64,000 bases of DNA from the human T2T-CHM13v2.0 reference genome, Homo sapiens. The DNA lies in the NCBI RefSeq assembly GCF_009914755.1, contig NC_060934.1; one strand, written 5' to 3'. The translations under genes and the position numbers were made by a program. Each line of letters opens with the position of its first letter. The stretch's first letter is position 1. Shown here piece by piece: positions 1 through 14,501 of this stretch. The notes beneath the pieces were generated by a model, which saw nothing but the letters and a program-made list of their open reading frames with translations, had not been told where the DNA came from and did no database searches.

Positions 1-65
1 TCTTCTTTTTCAAAGTTGCTTTGGGTATTCTAGGTCCCTTGCATTTTCATATAAATTTTGGAGCC
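1..65 (-). mobile_element. L1 ORF2 fragment (old L1M), runs off window edge
   Basis: tcttctttttcaaagttgctttgggtattctaggtcccttgcattttcatataaatttt resembles antisense L1 ORF2. Confidence 0.7.
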
Positions 66-615
66 GGCTTTCCGGTTCCAGCTTGCCTTCCTGCATGATG
101 AGGGGTCGAGGCATTTCCTGGTTTAGTTGGGCATCTCAGGAAGGTGGTGAGTACAGCCCCTCTACTGTGTAAAACAACAGGCAGGGGAAGATGACTTGTG
201 TCTGTTTCTCTCTCTCTTTCCCTATACCCTTTCCCCCTCACTTGTATAATTACTCCAGGAATACTTCTGGCAATTAAAATTCTTGTTATATAATCATAGT
301 CTATGTCAAGCATGTCTTCATGGTTGAATCTCTTTCTCTCATCTAGACGCCAGCAATCAGGATTTGCAGTACAGATGAAGACTGTGGAACACTTATTTTA
401 ATGGGCTAGAAGACTTCCTGGCATGTTTTGAGTAAATTGTGCTACTGTCATGCAGAACTGGATTAATGTCTGTCTTATAAATAAGACCCACCTGGTATCA
501 CTCTGTTTGCAAAGTGTAGCAGCCAGTGTCACCGGTTATATCTCCGTCTGCTGTGTTAGGAAGCATTCTTGTCCTGTTTTATTTTTCCCTCAGAAGTATA
601 GAAAAAGGACCTCAT

Positions 616-907
616 GCCAGGTGTGGTGGCTCATGCCTGTAATCCCAACACTTTGGGAGGCCGAGGCGGGTGGATCACGAGGTCAGGAGATCAAGACCAT
701 CCTGGCTAACACGGTGAAACCCCATCTCTACTAAAAATACAAAAAAATTAGCTGGGCGTGGTGGCGGGCACCTGTAGTTCCAGCTACTTGGGAGGCTGAG
801 GCAGGAGAATGGCGTGAACCCAGGAGGCGGAGCTTGCAGTGAGCCACTGCACTCCATCCAGCCTGGGTGACAGAGAGAGAATCCGTCTCAAAAAAAAAAA
901 AAAGAAA
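616..907 (+). mobile_element. Alu (AluY-like)
   Basis: Full dimer with AluY-type ctggctaacacggtg and gaatggcgtgaacc; A tail; perfect 16-bp TSD agaaaaaggacctcat (600-615 / 908-923). Confidence 0.95.
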
Positions 908-1088
908 AGAAAAAGGACCTCATATGATGGGTCCAAGAAAGCTTTGCCTCATAGCCTGGAGCTGATGAACATAGAATCCAACCCCACCAGCCATTCCAGG
1001 ACACAGAACGGGACAAGGGTGAGAGGTGTGAGGTGTGTAAAGGATAATAATAGCCAGTAAATGGCCCTAAGAGTGAGTGTCACATTAA

Positions 1089-1386
<298 letters not shown>

Positions 1387-1879
1387 ACATTAAATTTTGT
1401 ATCCTAGGTGCCTTATGCTCTTCACCCTAGCATAAGGTGGCCAGGTATAGTTGGCAGCAGGATGTTTAAAAAACTGCATTGCATCTCAGTCCTTAAGCAC
1501 TCTCATTTTCAACCTAGGGTCAGGCATTCCCTACATTCTTAAGCATTGACTTAAAAAATTATCTTGGCCTTCCTATGCTACTCTCATCCCCAAAGAAAAC
1601 TAAAGAATAATAATAATTTTTAAAAACCTTCATTTCCTGAATTGAGGTCACGTAGTGGGTTTTAATAATTTATTTTTTCGTAAATGAAACTGTTCTTTTG
1701 TGGGGTACCTACTCTGTGCCAGGCACTGGACCATGATGGGGGAACGTGGCCTTACAAAGAGAGGGATAAGCTCATAACTCATTAAAGTCAAAAGGAAGCT
1801 GGAAGATGCTCTGTGAGACAATCCCACCACATCAAGGGCAGGGGGCACTTTATAGGGGCCAGGCAGGCACCGAGTGTGT

Positions 1880-2045
1880 ATCCTCACAACAAGTGGTGTT
1901 TGTATATTGTGTCTGCATTGCTTATGTCTACTGCCCCCATTTCACAGGTAAGAAAGCCAAGAATTAGGGAGAGGTTCAGTAACTTGGCCGAGGTCATACA
2001 GCTAACAAGTTTAAGAGTCAAGATCTGAACCAAGGCAGTCTCGTT
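1880..2045 (-). mobile_element. MIR
   Basis: cccccatttcacaggtaagaaagcc...aacttggccgaggtcatacagcta matches the antisense MIR core. Confidence 0.75.
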
Positions 2046-2414
2046 GCGTAGTCCAAATATTAGCAGAGAAAATCTCTTCTTTAAGTCAAATGGACTCATG
2101 TTAAACATTAAGTGGAAATATTTCAGAGCCTTCAGGATAGGCTTTTTTTTTTTGTCTAGAACGTTCAATATTTAAGTTTAAGAGTGTTGAGAAGGCACAG
2201 CTCAGCATGCACTTCCTATCGAAAGTGTGTGCCTTGGCGATTATGAAGCCTCTGCCCGCACACAGGCGTGGTGAGGACGGCTGCACGGCCCTTCTGCCCT
2301 CACAGCATTCAGGAAGCTAAATAAGACTTCACTGGCTACAATAACACCCGTCAGTTATCTGTGCTGTAGTGTAAACAACGAAATTCTTATTATGTACTCA
2401 GAATCCACAAAGCC

Positions 2415-2428
2415 ATTACCATGGCAAC
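2415..2428. promoter_or_regulatory. RFX X-box-like palindrome in a repeat-free block, with a FOX-type GTAAACA at ~2371
   Basis: attaccatggcaac matches GTTNCCATGGNAAC at 13/14 positions; motif match only. Confidence 0.35.
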
Positions 2429-2518
2429 TCTGTTTTCATGTCATATCTTTAATGAATAGGTAATGAAAGAAATTCTACATTTACAACTTCATTACCAGTT
2501 TTTTTTTTTAAAGAAGAC

Positions 2519-2563
2519 CACACACACACACACACACACACGCACACACACGCACGCACACAC
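2519..2563. repeat. (CA)n microsatellite
   Basis: Seen directly, with a few CG interruptions. Confidence 0.95.
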
Positions 2564-3199
2564 CCCTATCTGTAATTTTGCATTATGGGCGTTGTCATGT
2601 TTTAGCACGTGGTGACCTTCACAGAGGAATTTTCAAGGCTGTCATTTTGGATCGAATGAATGGAAAGAAGACAAAAAAAAATTTCCAAACCCGACCCACC
2701 ATGCTAAAGACTCTGCTAGTTTCACTTTTTGTCTCTTTATGATTTTAATAATTTTGGCTCAAAATAACTCTCCATCCTTAGAAACAAGCAAGCATGTTCG
2801 GAAGTGGAGAAGGGAGATTTAAAACCCACTGCTGGTCTCCTTCAGGCTTTCCTGGGCTGACCTGCCTTTTTTTCTTTTCTTTTAAGTTAAAAATGGTTGT
2901 CTTCCTTAAGACTTCCTTATCGCAAGAAGGTTGATGAGCTAGGGATCTGATTTGCTGTTTAAGGATTGCTCTAATGTAACATAAAAGATCGTCTAATCAT
3001 GGCATCTAATTGCTGAGAGGAATAAATTCTTGCAACATCAGTGCAAGTGTCTTAAAAAGAACTTTTACAAGAATTATTAACAAAGTACTATGTAGCCTCC
3101 ATCCTGACAGTATGATCAAAATGCGTGCACAGGTCTAAAAGGACAGCAGGAGAGCCATAGGGCTACAGGGAAGAAGGAAGAGGCTTTGATGCTCTCCCA

Positions 3200-3392
3200 A
3201 CACACCCCCATACACACGTGTGCACACACACATCTTTGTACACACATGCACACACACAAGTGTATGGACATGTACACACACATGCACACACATGTACATA
3301 TGCACACATGCATGTACACACACCTTTTTGCACACATGCACATATGCACACATATGCATGTACACACATGTACATACAGCACATGTGCACAC
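3200..3392. repeat. Degenerate (CA/TA/TG) alternating purine-pyrimidine tract
   Basis: cacacatgcacatatgcacacatgtaca-type units; source of the His/Thr- and Cys/Val-rich spurious ORFs. Confidence 0.9.
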
Positions 3393-4009
3393 CATCACCA
3401 ACTTCTGGAACATTCCCCTGTAGACTGTGTGTTGCTGCTGCCCACTCCCCTCTTCACCCCATGCTGTTGATGGAACATTTGGGTGGGGTAAAAACAATCA
3501 GCTGCCCTTTGATCTGCACAGGTGGAAAAAGTAAAACCTTACCCCCCTTCTGCCAATCAGTCCTGTCTCCCCATTTCTGCCCTGGTCAAGTTCCTGATTG
3601 CTTGGGAAATGCTGCACGTTTTCCTGCATAGTTATTTGTCATCATGCCACTGAGCAGTGAAATCCAGTAGCTTGTTGTGCAGCAGATCCTCAGTCACGAG
3701 ATCCCATCATTTGGGATTTGGGATTTGTGATATTCTCAACAGTGACCAGGTGGAAGCTCACCGTGGTCCATTCCTGGAGAGAGTGTGCTAAGAAAATTCA
3801 GAGGAAAAGGAAGATAGCAGAGAAGACATGTAAATTACTTTCAAGTGCCCTTGGAAGAAAAGTCTTGTTTGTCTATAAAACATGTCTATTCATTAAAGTC
3901 CTTTCTTTAAGAGCTTTGGACAGGAGATTTTTTTTCAATGTAACTCTAAGTGCTTGAAAATAATAAAGCTGCATTTCTCTAATAATCCTGCATAGATGAG
4001 AGGCTGTAT

Positions 4010-4520
4010 GCTACAGTGGAGGAAAATATTGCCGGGGCTTCCTTACTAACTTGCTGTGTGGTCTTGGGAAATTCACTTCTCTGAACATGGTTTCATTTTC
4101 TATACCAGGAGTCCCAGACCACCGGGCCGTGGACCAGTACTGGTCCGCGGCCTGTTAGGAACTGAGCTGCACAGCAGGAGGTGAGCAGTGGGTGAGCGAG
4201 CATTACCGCCTGAGCTCCATCTCCCGTCAGCTCATCAGGCATTAGATTCTCATAAGAGTGTGAACCCTACCACGAACTGCACATGGGAGGGATCTAGGTT
4301 GCAAGCTCCTTATGAGAATCTAACTCCTGATGATCTGAGGTGGAAGAGATTCACCTGAAAACCAAAACCATCATATCCCGGCACCCCTTGCTGTGGAAAA
4401 ATTGAATTCCATGAAACTGGTCCCTGTTGCCAAAAAGACTGGGGGCTGCAGTTCTATGCATGGAAATGGGTAGGACGAGATGACCTCTGAGCTCCTTCCA
4501 GCTTTACTGTTTCATGAATG
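4010..4520 (+). mobile_element. MIR3-like SINE split by MER1B
   Basis: MIR core (gctgtgtggtcttgggaaattcactt) before 4105; MIR3 3' end (ggacgagatgacctctgagctccttccagc) after 4460. Confidence 0.65.
4106..4451 (+). mobile_element. MER1B (hAT-Charlie) DNA transposon
   Basis: ggaccagtactggtccgcggcctgttaggaac...gcattagattctcata...; 8-bp TSD ttctatac / ttctatgc. Confidence 0.9.
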
Positions 4521-5519
4521 CACAGCTTTTCACTGAAACACAGCCTACGGCCCCACCTCATCAGGCAGAAGCACAGAGTGGCCTGAGAGGGAAGCACCTG
4601 GGCTCACGTGAATGCTGCCACTGGAAGTGTCCTCAAGACTTCTGACTTGACTTCAGCCCTGTTTGTCATCTCTGTCCATGGCATCCTTGGTGTACTCAAG
4701 GTTCATCTCTCCAGAGGGTGGTCTCTGGTCAGGTCCCAGCTTCAGCTTCCTGGAGGATGCTGGCCTATGTCTTTGAGGTGCGCTTGATATGAACTTGTGT
4801 GAGCTCCATTGCCAGTATTCTACATCAGCCTACCTCTAACACACCCTCCGACTCTGGAGCTCAGCCAGCCTGCTATTTTTGTGTGACATGGTAACAAACA
4901 CAGAAATGCAGCTGAGCACCGACTGTGCAGGGTGGGACTGGCACAGGGCCATGGCACTGGGTTCGGAGTCAGAGCTTCTGGATTTGGGGTCTGGCTGTGT
5001 GATCCTGGGCACATTGCTCCCAGCTTTAGTCTGCAAGTGAGAACATGAATGTCCCATCCCCCAAAAATCTCATGGGGGCCAGGGTCACGTCTGAGAACTA
5101 CCCAAGATAATACGAAGGAATTGATTTATAAACTATAGCATGCTATAAAAAAGTGGAAGCTTATGCTTCCAGGAAAACCAGAGGAGACATGATGACCTCC
5201 CTGGAAGGCTACCCAGCCTCTAGAAGCCACTTCCAAGCCAACAGACCCTTCAGCACGTACAATAGTCACATTAGGCAGTGGTTCTGTTCTGCCATGCGTC
5301 TCTGCACTGTTTTTCCTACAGAGTAGCCTTTGCTGCCTCTGACGGCAGATGCCACTCTTCCTGTCCCTTCTTGCTGCCCACAGCACCAGGTGGGACAAAG
5401 GACTCTCTATCACTGTATATACACCAGCATCATTTAATAACGAACAATTACAGACAAAGTGGACAAAGTGGTTTTTCCCTAAAGAACAAAAAGTCCTTTT
5501 GACTAATATATTTATTTCA

Positions 5520-6150
5520 CGAGCTCACTCCTAAGGACACAATCTGAATGGATAAAAAGTGTTGTATGTAGAGATGTTCACTGCTAGGTTATCTTTCAGA
5601 GGAAAAAGTCTTAATTAAGTTAAATGTCCACAATAGGAAAAGGGTTAAATAGATTTTAGCGTCTCAACTACATAGACCATCTTAGTCTGTTTGGACAGCT
5701 ATAACAAAATACCATATATTGGATGGCTGACAAACAACAGAAATTTATTTCTTGTAATTCTGGAGGCTGGAAGTCTGAGGTCAGGATGTCAACACGGCCA
5801 GGTACTGGTGAGGGTCTTCTTCTGGGTTGCAGAATGCTGGCTTCTTGCTGTGTCCTTACATGGTAGAATGGGGGCAAGAGAGCTCTCAGGAGTCCCATTT
5901 ATAAGGGCACTAATCTCAATCATAAGGGCTTCACCCTCATGACCTGATCACCTCCCAAAGTCCCCATCGCCTAATTCCATCACTTTGGGGGTTAGGAGTT
6001 CAACATAAGAATTTTAGGGGATACCCACATCCAGACCTTAGCATAGACTACAATCCAGCCCTTGGAAAAGATATTTGAAAGAGTGGAAGTGGTTCAGCAT
6101 CACATTTAGCAAGAAAAAAAAGAACAGAGTATAAAATCGTATATGCACCA
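5520..6150 (+). mobile_element. Old L1ME 3' fragment interrupted by MLT1A0
   Basis: agagatgttcactgctaggttat...aaatgtccacaataggaaaagggttaaatagatt resembles the L1ME ORF2 end; resumes after the LTR. Confidence 0.55.
5678..6043 (-). mobile_element. MLT1A0-like MaLR solo LTR
   Basis: cttagtctgtttggacagctataacaaaatacc...ccagaccttagca; 5-bp TSD tagac (5673-5677 / 6044-6048). Confidence 0.88.
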
Positions 6151-6850
6151 TTCATTCATTTATTCAACAAATATTTCTTGAGCACCTACCACATACCAGG
6201 CATTCTCACAGGCCCAGGAGATGGAGTTGTGCCCATGGCAGATGCCCTCCAAGCTCGGATGGGATGCAGCCATCAGTGGGAGAGTGGGAATTGGGGTAGA
6301 CCGGCTATAAGCAAGCAAATGAGTCAGCAGAAGAAATGACTGGTGGTGCAAAAGCTCTGCAGAGGCGATGGTGGAGAGCAGCCCCTGCCATGGAGACAGC
6401 TTCCGTGGAGTGACCTTTACGCCAAGGTCGGATTTGCCAGATGGGAACACCTGTGGGAATGCCAGTGGGAGGAGCACTCCAGGCAGAGGGAGGAGCACTC
6501 CAGGCAGAGGGAGGAGCTGGAGCAGATGTCCTGGGGTGGGGACAAAGGGGACTCACTCCAGGAGGAGACAGGGGGCGGTGTGGCTCCTGTCCAGGGGTCA
6601 GCGGGACAGGATTGAGGGGGGCGGGAAGGAGAGCAGGGACCAGATTCTGAGGTCTGATAGAAGGGGAGGTACAGAGGGGGCTGAGACTTAGATGAAAATG
6701 AAGGAGGATGCAGCAGTGAGCTGGGTGCTGGGCAGCCAGGAGATGAGGGAGGTACGAGGACAGGAGTACTGGCCTTCTCAACATGGGGACGAGGGACTGG
6801 TATCTCCTGACGGCAAATCAGGAGCCTGGCTGGAGCAGGCTAGGAAACAG
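6150..6850 (-). mobile_element. L2 3' region
   Basis: ttcattcatttattcaacaaatatttcttgagcacctacc is the antisense L2 3' end; ...actccaggcagaggg... L2 motif. Confidence 0.7.
6467..6517. repeat. 21-bp perfect tandem duplication (2.4 copies)
   Basis: gggaggagcactccaggcaga x2 + gggaggagc. Confidence 0.95.
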
Positions 6851-7429
6851 AGGCAGTGGCTGGAGTCAGTTCCATCAAAGAGTCCTATGGGTGACGGGAG
6901 CGGAGAAAAGGGGTGATACCTAAAGAGGGCCGTGGGCTCTAGGGAGGCCTTCGTCCCCCAAGTGAAGATCTAGGGTGGCCTTTTTCTGCTGTTGGGAGTG
7001 AAGGGGGAGACGTGGGTGATTCAAGAGGCAGGGGGAGGAACAATTTCCTGAGAAAGCAAGAGAGGACAGAATCCAGAGAGCAGTGGGGTGATGATGCTCC
7101 CCTGGGAGAAAGGTGCTCCCTCCGCAGGCCACACAAGGACACAGAGGGCGTGGGGTGGGAGCCGCTGGGCTGGGGACATTGGTCATGGGAGACGAGAGTG
7201 TTTCTCAGATCACTTCTGTTCTCCCACTGAGGTATGGGTACAGGTGAGACGGGAGAGCTCACGCGGGCCTGCATGTGGGTGTGGGGACAGGGGCAGGAAG
7301 GTGATTTCAGTAGGGAGGAGAGGTCATGGGCAGGGAAGTGCTGGGTACCCACTAAGACTCATGGCTGGGAGTTTAAAGTTGCCCTCCCCCAGCATGAATG
7401 TGAATTTCTAGATAACTAGAATGTGATAA

Positions 7430-7665
7430 CTACGTAACCAGGACACAGGATGACCGCATACTGTATACCTACCGTGTGTATACATAAAACCAAACTTTAA
7501 GAAATGGAGGGGAGATATACCAAAATACTCATGGAGGGGGGTTTTGAAGTGGCAGGACCATAGGTGATATATTTTTCTGTCCTTTCAATATTATATGTCT
7601 TCCAAATGTCCTATATTGAGCTTTTATCATAGTGGAAAAATTAACTATAACTTTTTTAAAGAAAA
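7430..7665 (+). mobile_element. L1ME 3' end fragment
   Basis: ggagatataccaaaatactc...ataggtgatatattttt resembles the L1ME3/4 3' UTR. Confidence 0.5.
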
Positions 7666-7789
7666 AATATGGAAGCAAAGGCGAGGGTAGACACAACTCC
7701 CTATATATCAGATATTTTTATCTGCCAGGGTTTCTCAGTGATACTCCAGCAACGTATTCAAATCAGCTGGAAAGTATTTCCAATTAGCT

Positions 7790-8056
7790 TTTTAAAAGAT
7801 CAACTTTTAATTTTGGATACTTTGCAAGGAAAAGAAAAGTTGCAAACATGGTGCAGAGAGTTTCCGTACACTGCTCACCCAGTTTCCCCTATTGTCAACA
7901 TCTCACAGAAACGCGTTCCGTTAGTCAGAATTAAGAAATTATCCTTAGTCCATTACTATGAACCAAGTCACAGACTTTAATTGGATTTTGCCAGTTTTCC
8001 TACTAATAATCTTTTTTTCTTCCAGGATCCAATCTGATATACCACATTGCATTCAG
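7790..8056 (-). mobile_element. 5'-truncated L1MC-class 3' end
   Basis: gaaaagttgcaaacatggtgcagagagtttcc...ccaggatccaatc; 10-bp TSD ccaattagct (7780-7789 / 8057-8066). Confidence 0.8.
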
Positions 8057-8393
8057 CCAATTAGCTCTAAGAGATTCCTTGGCCCATGTGCAAGAATTGT
8101 TTGTTTTTTAATCTATCTCAGAGGGTTTCTGTGAGAAGTAACTGAAATAATCCACAGGGAGAAGCTTTGTAAACCATAAAATGCTACATGATATTGGATG
8201 AGGTTGACGATGGGTTAGACTCATGGGCTGAAATTAAAGGAAAAAGAGGCTAATAAAAACTTTCATTTGTATATCATCATGTACTATCATCATGTACTTC
8301 TTAAAATGCTTGAGGCTCTTGTCTACTAATAAAAAGCTATCACTTATTAAGTGCTTGCTGTACACGTCAGGCACTGTGTTAAATGGGCTTACC

Positions 8394-8847
8394 TCTACTA
8401 GTTTCCTAGGACTGCTGCACCAAAGTGCTACAAACTGGGTGCCTTAAACCAACAGACATGTATTAGTTCACATTCTGAAGGCCAGAAGTGCAAAACTGAG
8501 GTGTCAGCAGGGTTGGTTTGTTCTTGGAGGCCCTGAGGCAGACTGTATTCCGCGCCTATTCCTAGCTTCTCGTGGTTGCCAGCAGTCCCTGGCATTCCAT
8601 GGATTGCGGAAGCTCCATCCAATCCTTCCTGTCTCATCACATGGTATTCTCCCTGTGTGTGTGTGTTTCTGTATCTATGTCAAAGTTTCCCACTTCTTAT
8701 AAAGACACCAGTCTTTAGCATGCCCTAATCCAGTATGACCTCATCTTAAGTGGATTATACCTGTTAAGACCTTATTGCCAAAAAAAGTCACATTCACACG
8801 TTTTGAGTGGAATGGATTTTGGGGGGAACACTCTTCAACCCACTATG
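8394..8847 (-). mobile_element. MLT1C-like MaLR LTR inserted in a MIR
   Basis: tagtttcctaggactgctgc...caaactgggtgccttaaaccaacag...gaacactcttcaacccacta. Confidence 0.85.
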
Positions 8848-8942
8848 TGTTCCAGTTTATTAACTCATTTACTGTGGCTTATCAACCTTATGAGGTGATA
8901 CTTTTATCATTCCCAATTTACAGACAGAAAAACTAAGGCTTA

Positions 8943-9666
<724 letters not shown>

Positions 9667-11114
9667 AAGCTGTATCTTCTTCACCACTTTCCCCGTGTTT
9701 TCCAAACTGGGATTCAAGGACGTGTCTTGGAACTCCTCTATGTCTCAACAATAATTTTAAAATCTTGTTCTTTTATTCTGACAATACTCTTCTAAAAATC
9801 ATTGTCAGCATATTGTGGAACCTTTCCCTGTAACCAAATATTGCCATGCGACATCCTTGTAACGTGGCTAGAATTGTGTTGATTTCTGAGTAAATCACAA
9901 GCAAAGAGTAGAGGACTGTCCATGAAAAGAATGCATTTAGCAAGAAACCTAAAATGACGCCAAGGAATGCCGGACAAACACAGGATTCTGGGAGCTAAAC
10001 TGGGAAAAGCTGCTGTGGTTGAGAAGGATGAGGACTGGGTCTCACCATGAGACACGCAAGAGTACACACTCACGGAACTCCAGGGATGTGAACGGGACCA
10101 GCGGGCACGAGAGTCACATTGTGAGAGGATGTTTTAGTTCTGGCACAGCATTATCTGTTACATTAAATTCCTGCTTTTAATTGAGCATTTATAGGTTTTA
10201 TGGCTTTCTATTGAATCTTTAAGTTTCTCTTGGTTTTTATAGATATATGAGATCTATCAGCATAAGGAGGTTATACCTAATTTATAGTTTGCACGTATTT
10301 GAGTAATACTATTAGAAGAATTAAGCTCAACACCTCATGAGGATTTGTTCTAATTGGAGAAAAACTACCTTCTGCTCTCTTGCCTTTGGATTTCACTCCT
10401 GCGAGCAGCCAGCAGAGTGGGGTGTGCTGTCACCCTGCATTGGAGTGGGGCAGAGTGGGGCACCTAGTCTCAGAGAAGGCAAGCCACTTCCCAAGTGTTG
10501 TCACAGGAGTGGTTCGTGGAAGAATGGAAGAGCTGAGAAGACCCACCAGCCGGTCAAGGCTCCAAGCTGTAACGCACAGAGAATGCAACTCAAACTGCCG
10601 TCAAACTTAAAGGGAATCTATTGGTGCATGTTACTCAACAGGTCAGGGTGAAACTTATTTTAGGCTGCTTTTGATCTGGGGTCCAGGTTTGTGACCAGGA
10701 CCTGGTTGATCTCTTCCTTTTCTCCTCTGCTCTGTCGCTCACAGGTGAGGACTCTGAGGTTAACTCCCCGAGGGTCCTCAGAGGCAGCTGGCAGCTCCCA
10801 GGACTTCGTGCTTCTCCTTTCAAGTCTAAGGGGACAGAACAGCCTAGAGGAAGCCCACGAGTGTCCTGTTGGCACCAACTGGGCCCCATTCTAGTCGACT
10901 TAATTCTAGGTTATGTGCTCACCCCAGAGCTAGGGGCTGCGGCTAGAAGTTCATAGACTGGGCATGGCAGAGGTGGCATCCCCCAGAACGGAGGAAACTT
11001 CCCCCAGAAGGGTGAGGTTCCTGGGCACAGAGTAAATAGGTGATGGACACGAAATAACAGATGGCTAGGAGACAAAACCCAGTGGCTTCGATGGCAAGCT
11101 CTCCCACGAATTTT

Positions 11115-11312
11115 CATCCCAACTCAGCACTTTCCTCACTGCGTGACCTTGAACGAGTGGCTTCACCTCTCAGTTTCTCAAATGGGGATCATGATAATAA
11201 TATCTACATCATAAGGGTTTTTTTGGTAAACATTAAATGAGATAACACATTTAAAGTGATTAGCCCAGCATCTGGGACATAGAAGTCCTTGCCAAATGTT
11301 AGCTCTTATTAA
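11115..11312 (+). mobile_element. MIR
   Basis: gcgtgaccttgaacgagtggcttcacctctcagtttctcaaatggggatc...attaaatgagataac. Confidence 0.8.
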
Positions 11313-11457
11313 TAGTAGTTTTTAATTTGATCTCCAAACAGAAGCAAATAATGAAGAAAGCAATGTCCAGGGTCAGGGCTGATGGGGACTTTTCTGGGGC
11401 TTGACCGGGTAAAGAGCCTGTGCTTGTTTGGGATAAATATCCCTGGCTCATCCCTCA

Positions 11458-11740
<283 letters not shown>

Positions 11741-12419
11741 GTGTATGTGTGCACACGTGTGTGTGTGTGTGTTGTGCACTCGCACGTGTATAAGAGATCT
11801 GGAAGATCCTCTGACCAAGCTCAGTTTGGGAACCATGCAGGGAAGAGGAAACAAAAGGTCAGGGTGGCCCAGGAGGACGAGGGCCCATGAACCGTGACAT
11901 CTGCCAGAGGCTGAGACACAGCTTAGGGTCCCCCAAGCCTCACCCTTCCCCTTTCCCAATGAGTCTGTGCCCTTGCCACTGCTGACTTTGATTTGAGAAC
12001 CAGGAGGACCCCACTTGTGTGACACTCTCTGAAATCGAACTGCATGGAAATAATGTGTAATTTCTCTCCATACATGGTAGAAACCTGTGTACAAGAAGGC
12101 AGAAGAATAGCAGGAATTCCTCTATTTTCCCTGCAACTCTGGCAGGACCCAGCTGTGCCATGCAGGAAATGAGGCAAAAAAGAAAAGCCAAAAACCCAAA
12201 ACAAACACAAGCAAACAAACAAAACGAACAAGGAAACAAAAGCTTTGCTGTGACTGGTGCACCTGCTTCTGCTCCATGGAGCCATGCACCCTCCTCGAGT
12301 TCTGAGTTCTTGGCCAGTGCCTTGGAACTCATTTGAGGGGTGTACATGTGTGTATGTGTAGGGGGTGTCTTCTTGCTGTTCTTTAATCTACCTGCCACAC
12401 TGCCATGGAAGTGTAAGCA

Positions 12420-12421
<2 letters not shown>

Positions 12422-12451
<30 letters not shown>
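12422..12451. repeat. (GT)n microsatellite
   Basis: About 15 perfect GT units. Confidence 0.95.
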
Positions 12452-12453
<2 letters not shown>

Positions 12454-12603
12454 CCAGCTAGGATCTGTCCCCTCCTTCCCTGTCTGGTAACAAAACAATA
12501 AACAGCCTGCAGATGGGCATCGGGCAGCAGTAGGGGTGGTGTCCTCAAGCCAGGGGCACAAAGAGGAACACAGCCCATGGATGCTCTAACTCCCTCCAAT
12601 TGA

Positions 12604-12945
<342 letters not shown>

Positions 12946-14147
12946 AAGATGCCCCCACGTTCTTTACAAAGTTTTGGTTTTCTAGATAAGGTTCTAATTC
13001 AAGTCCCCCATGATGAAAATTTAATTAAAAACCATAAAAAAGAAATGCAAGGAGTAAATCAGTGACGGTGCCATTGGTGTGAGCACATTGTCTCTCTTAG
13101 AATGGCAGGGTCTCTCTCTGACATGCAGTCTGAGGATTTGTGGCATGAAGGATTGACAATCATTTTTGAAGATGAAACTGCAAAAAAAAAATGTGTAGTG
13201 ATGCCTTCTCGGAACCAGCTGATTCATAACCAGGATGAAAATGGAAGGACAGAATTAATGATACACGCCAAGATTTATGTACAGGGGTATTTATCACTGT
13301 GTTTTCACAGTGCCCAAAATTTGGAAACAGTCTAACTTCCTAAAATAGGGACATGATTAAATCATGTCACTTTCACGTGCTGGACTTGCATGTAGTTATT
13401 AAAAATCAAAACTCTCAGATTGCCTAACAGAGAGAGGCTCTGCCATTTTCAAAGAAAAGGACATACTCACATGCACCCACCCTCACTGATTTGCTCCCCA
13501 CATTTGCTTTTTACGGTTTTTATTTAAACGTTCAAAAATATTTAACAAGAAATACCTATCACTCAATGCTCAGCTTAAGAAAGCAGAATTCAAAACTCTA
13601 TATATTGCATGATCCCAATTTAGTGTTAAAAGTACAAAGGAAAAAAAGACCGGGAGAAAATCCTCCCATATGATAACAATGAAAATGATGTCTTCACCAC
13701 TGAGATTGTTGGTGTATTTTATTTTCTTCTCTACATTTTCTTTACCAACCTTTTGCAAATGAATATATATTCCATTTTTTCTTAGAAAGCAATTTTAAGG
13801 ACTTTTAAAATCACAGGAAATAACATCGGGACACATCAAGGCCTCAGTACACATTGCCAGTAGATTAAAAGCCTGGACAGTTATCTTGAGAATCCTCACT
13901 GAGTTGCAAGAAAATAAAAAGACCAAGCCTTCTCTATACTAAAAAAATCTTTCCTCCACTCTACTTCTCCCTGATGACTCCAAACTTTTGCCTTCCTCCT
14001 TCCTTTGCCATCCAGCCTGCTTGAGTTTTCTCCATGCCATCTCTCTGTGCACCTCCATTCCTCTCCTCAGCTCCATGGACACTGGCTATCTTTAGATCAC
14101 TGGCCACTCCCGATATTTAAATCCAGAAGCCCAGACTAATTGTGATC

Positions 14148-14501
14148 TGTCTTAATCACCTCAGGCTGCCGTACAGGATAGCACGGACTGGCTTAAATGA
14201 CAGACATTTATTTTCTCATCATTCTGAAGGCTGGAAGATGATGGTGAGTTTGGTTTCTGGTGAGGGCTCTCTTCCTGGCTTGCAGACAGCCACCTTCTTG
14301 CTGTGTCTTCACATGGCCTTTCCTCTGTGCATGAACACTCTTGGTGTCTGTTCTTCTTCCTATAAGGGCACCAGTCCACTGGATTTGGGCCCCATCCCTA
14401 GGACCCCATTTGACCTTAGAGACCCTATCTCCAAATACAGTCACATTGGGGGTGGGGGCTTCAGCATATGGGCTTGAAGGGACACAATTCAGTCCATAGC
14501 C
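14148..14501 (-). mobile_element. MLT1A/B-like MaLR LTR
   Basis: tgtcttaatc...cagacatttattttctca...tctccaaatacagtcacatt...gggacacaattcagtccatagc. Confidence 0.85.

Noticed and set aside
3116-3631. His/Thr- and Cys/Val-rich ORFs
   Set aside because: Translations of the CA/TG low-complexity tract in several frames.
8272-8298. 13-bp tandem duplication (similar 10-12 bp one at 50502-50523)
   Set aside because: Routine slippage-size events.
11940-12599. Longest ORF (219 aa, minus strand)
   Set aside because: Runs through (GT)n and A-rich repeats, has a non-ATG start and no recognisable domain.
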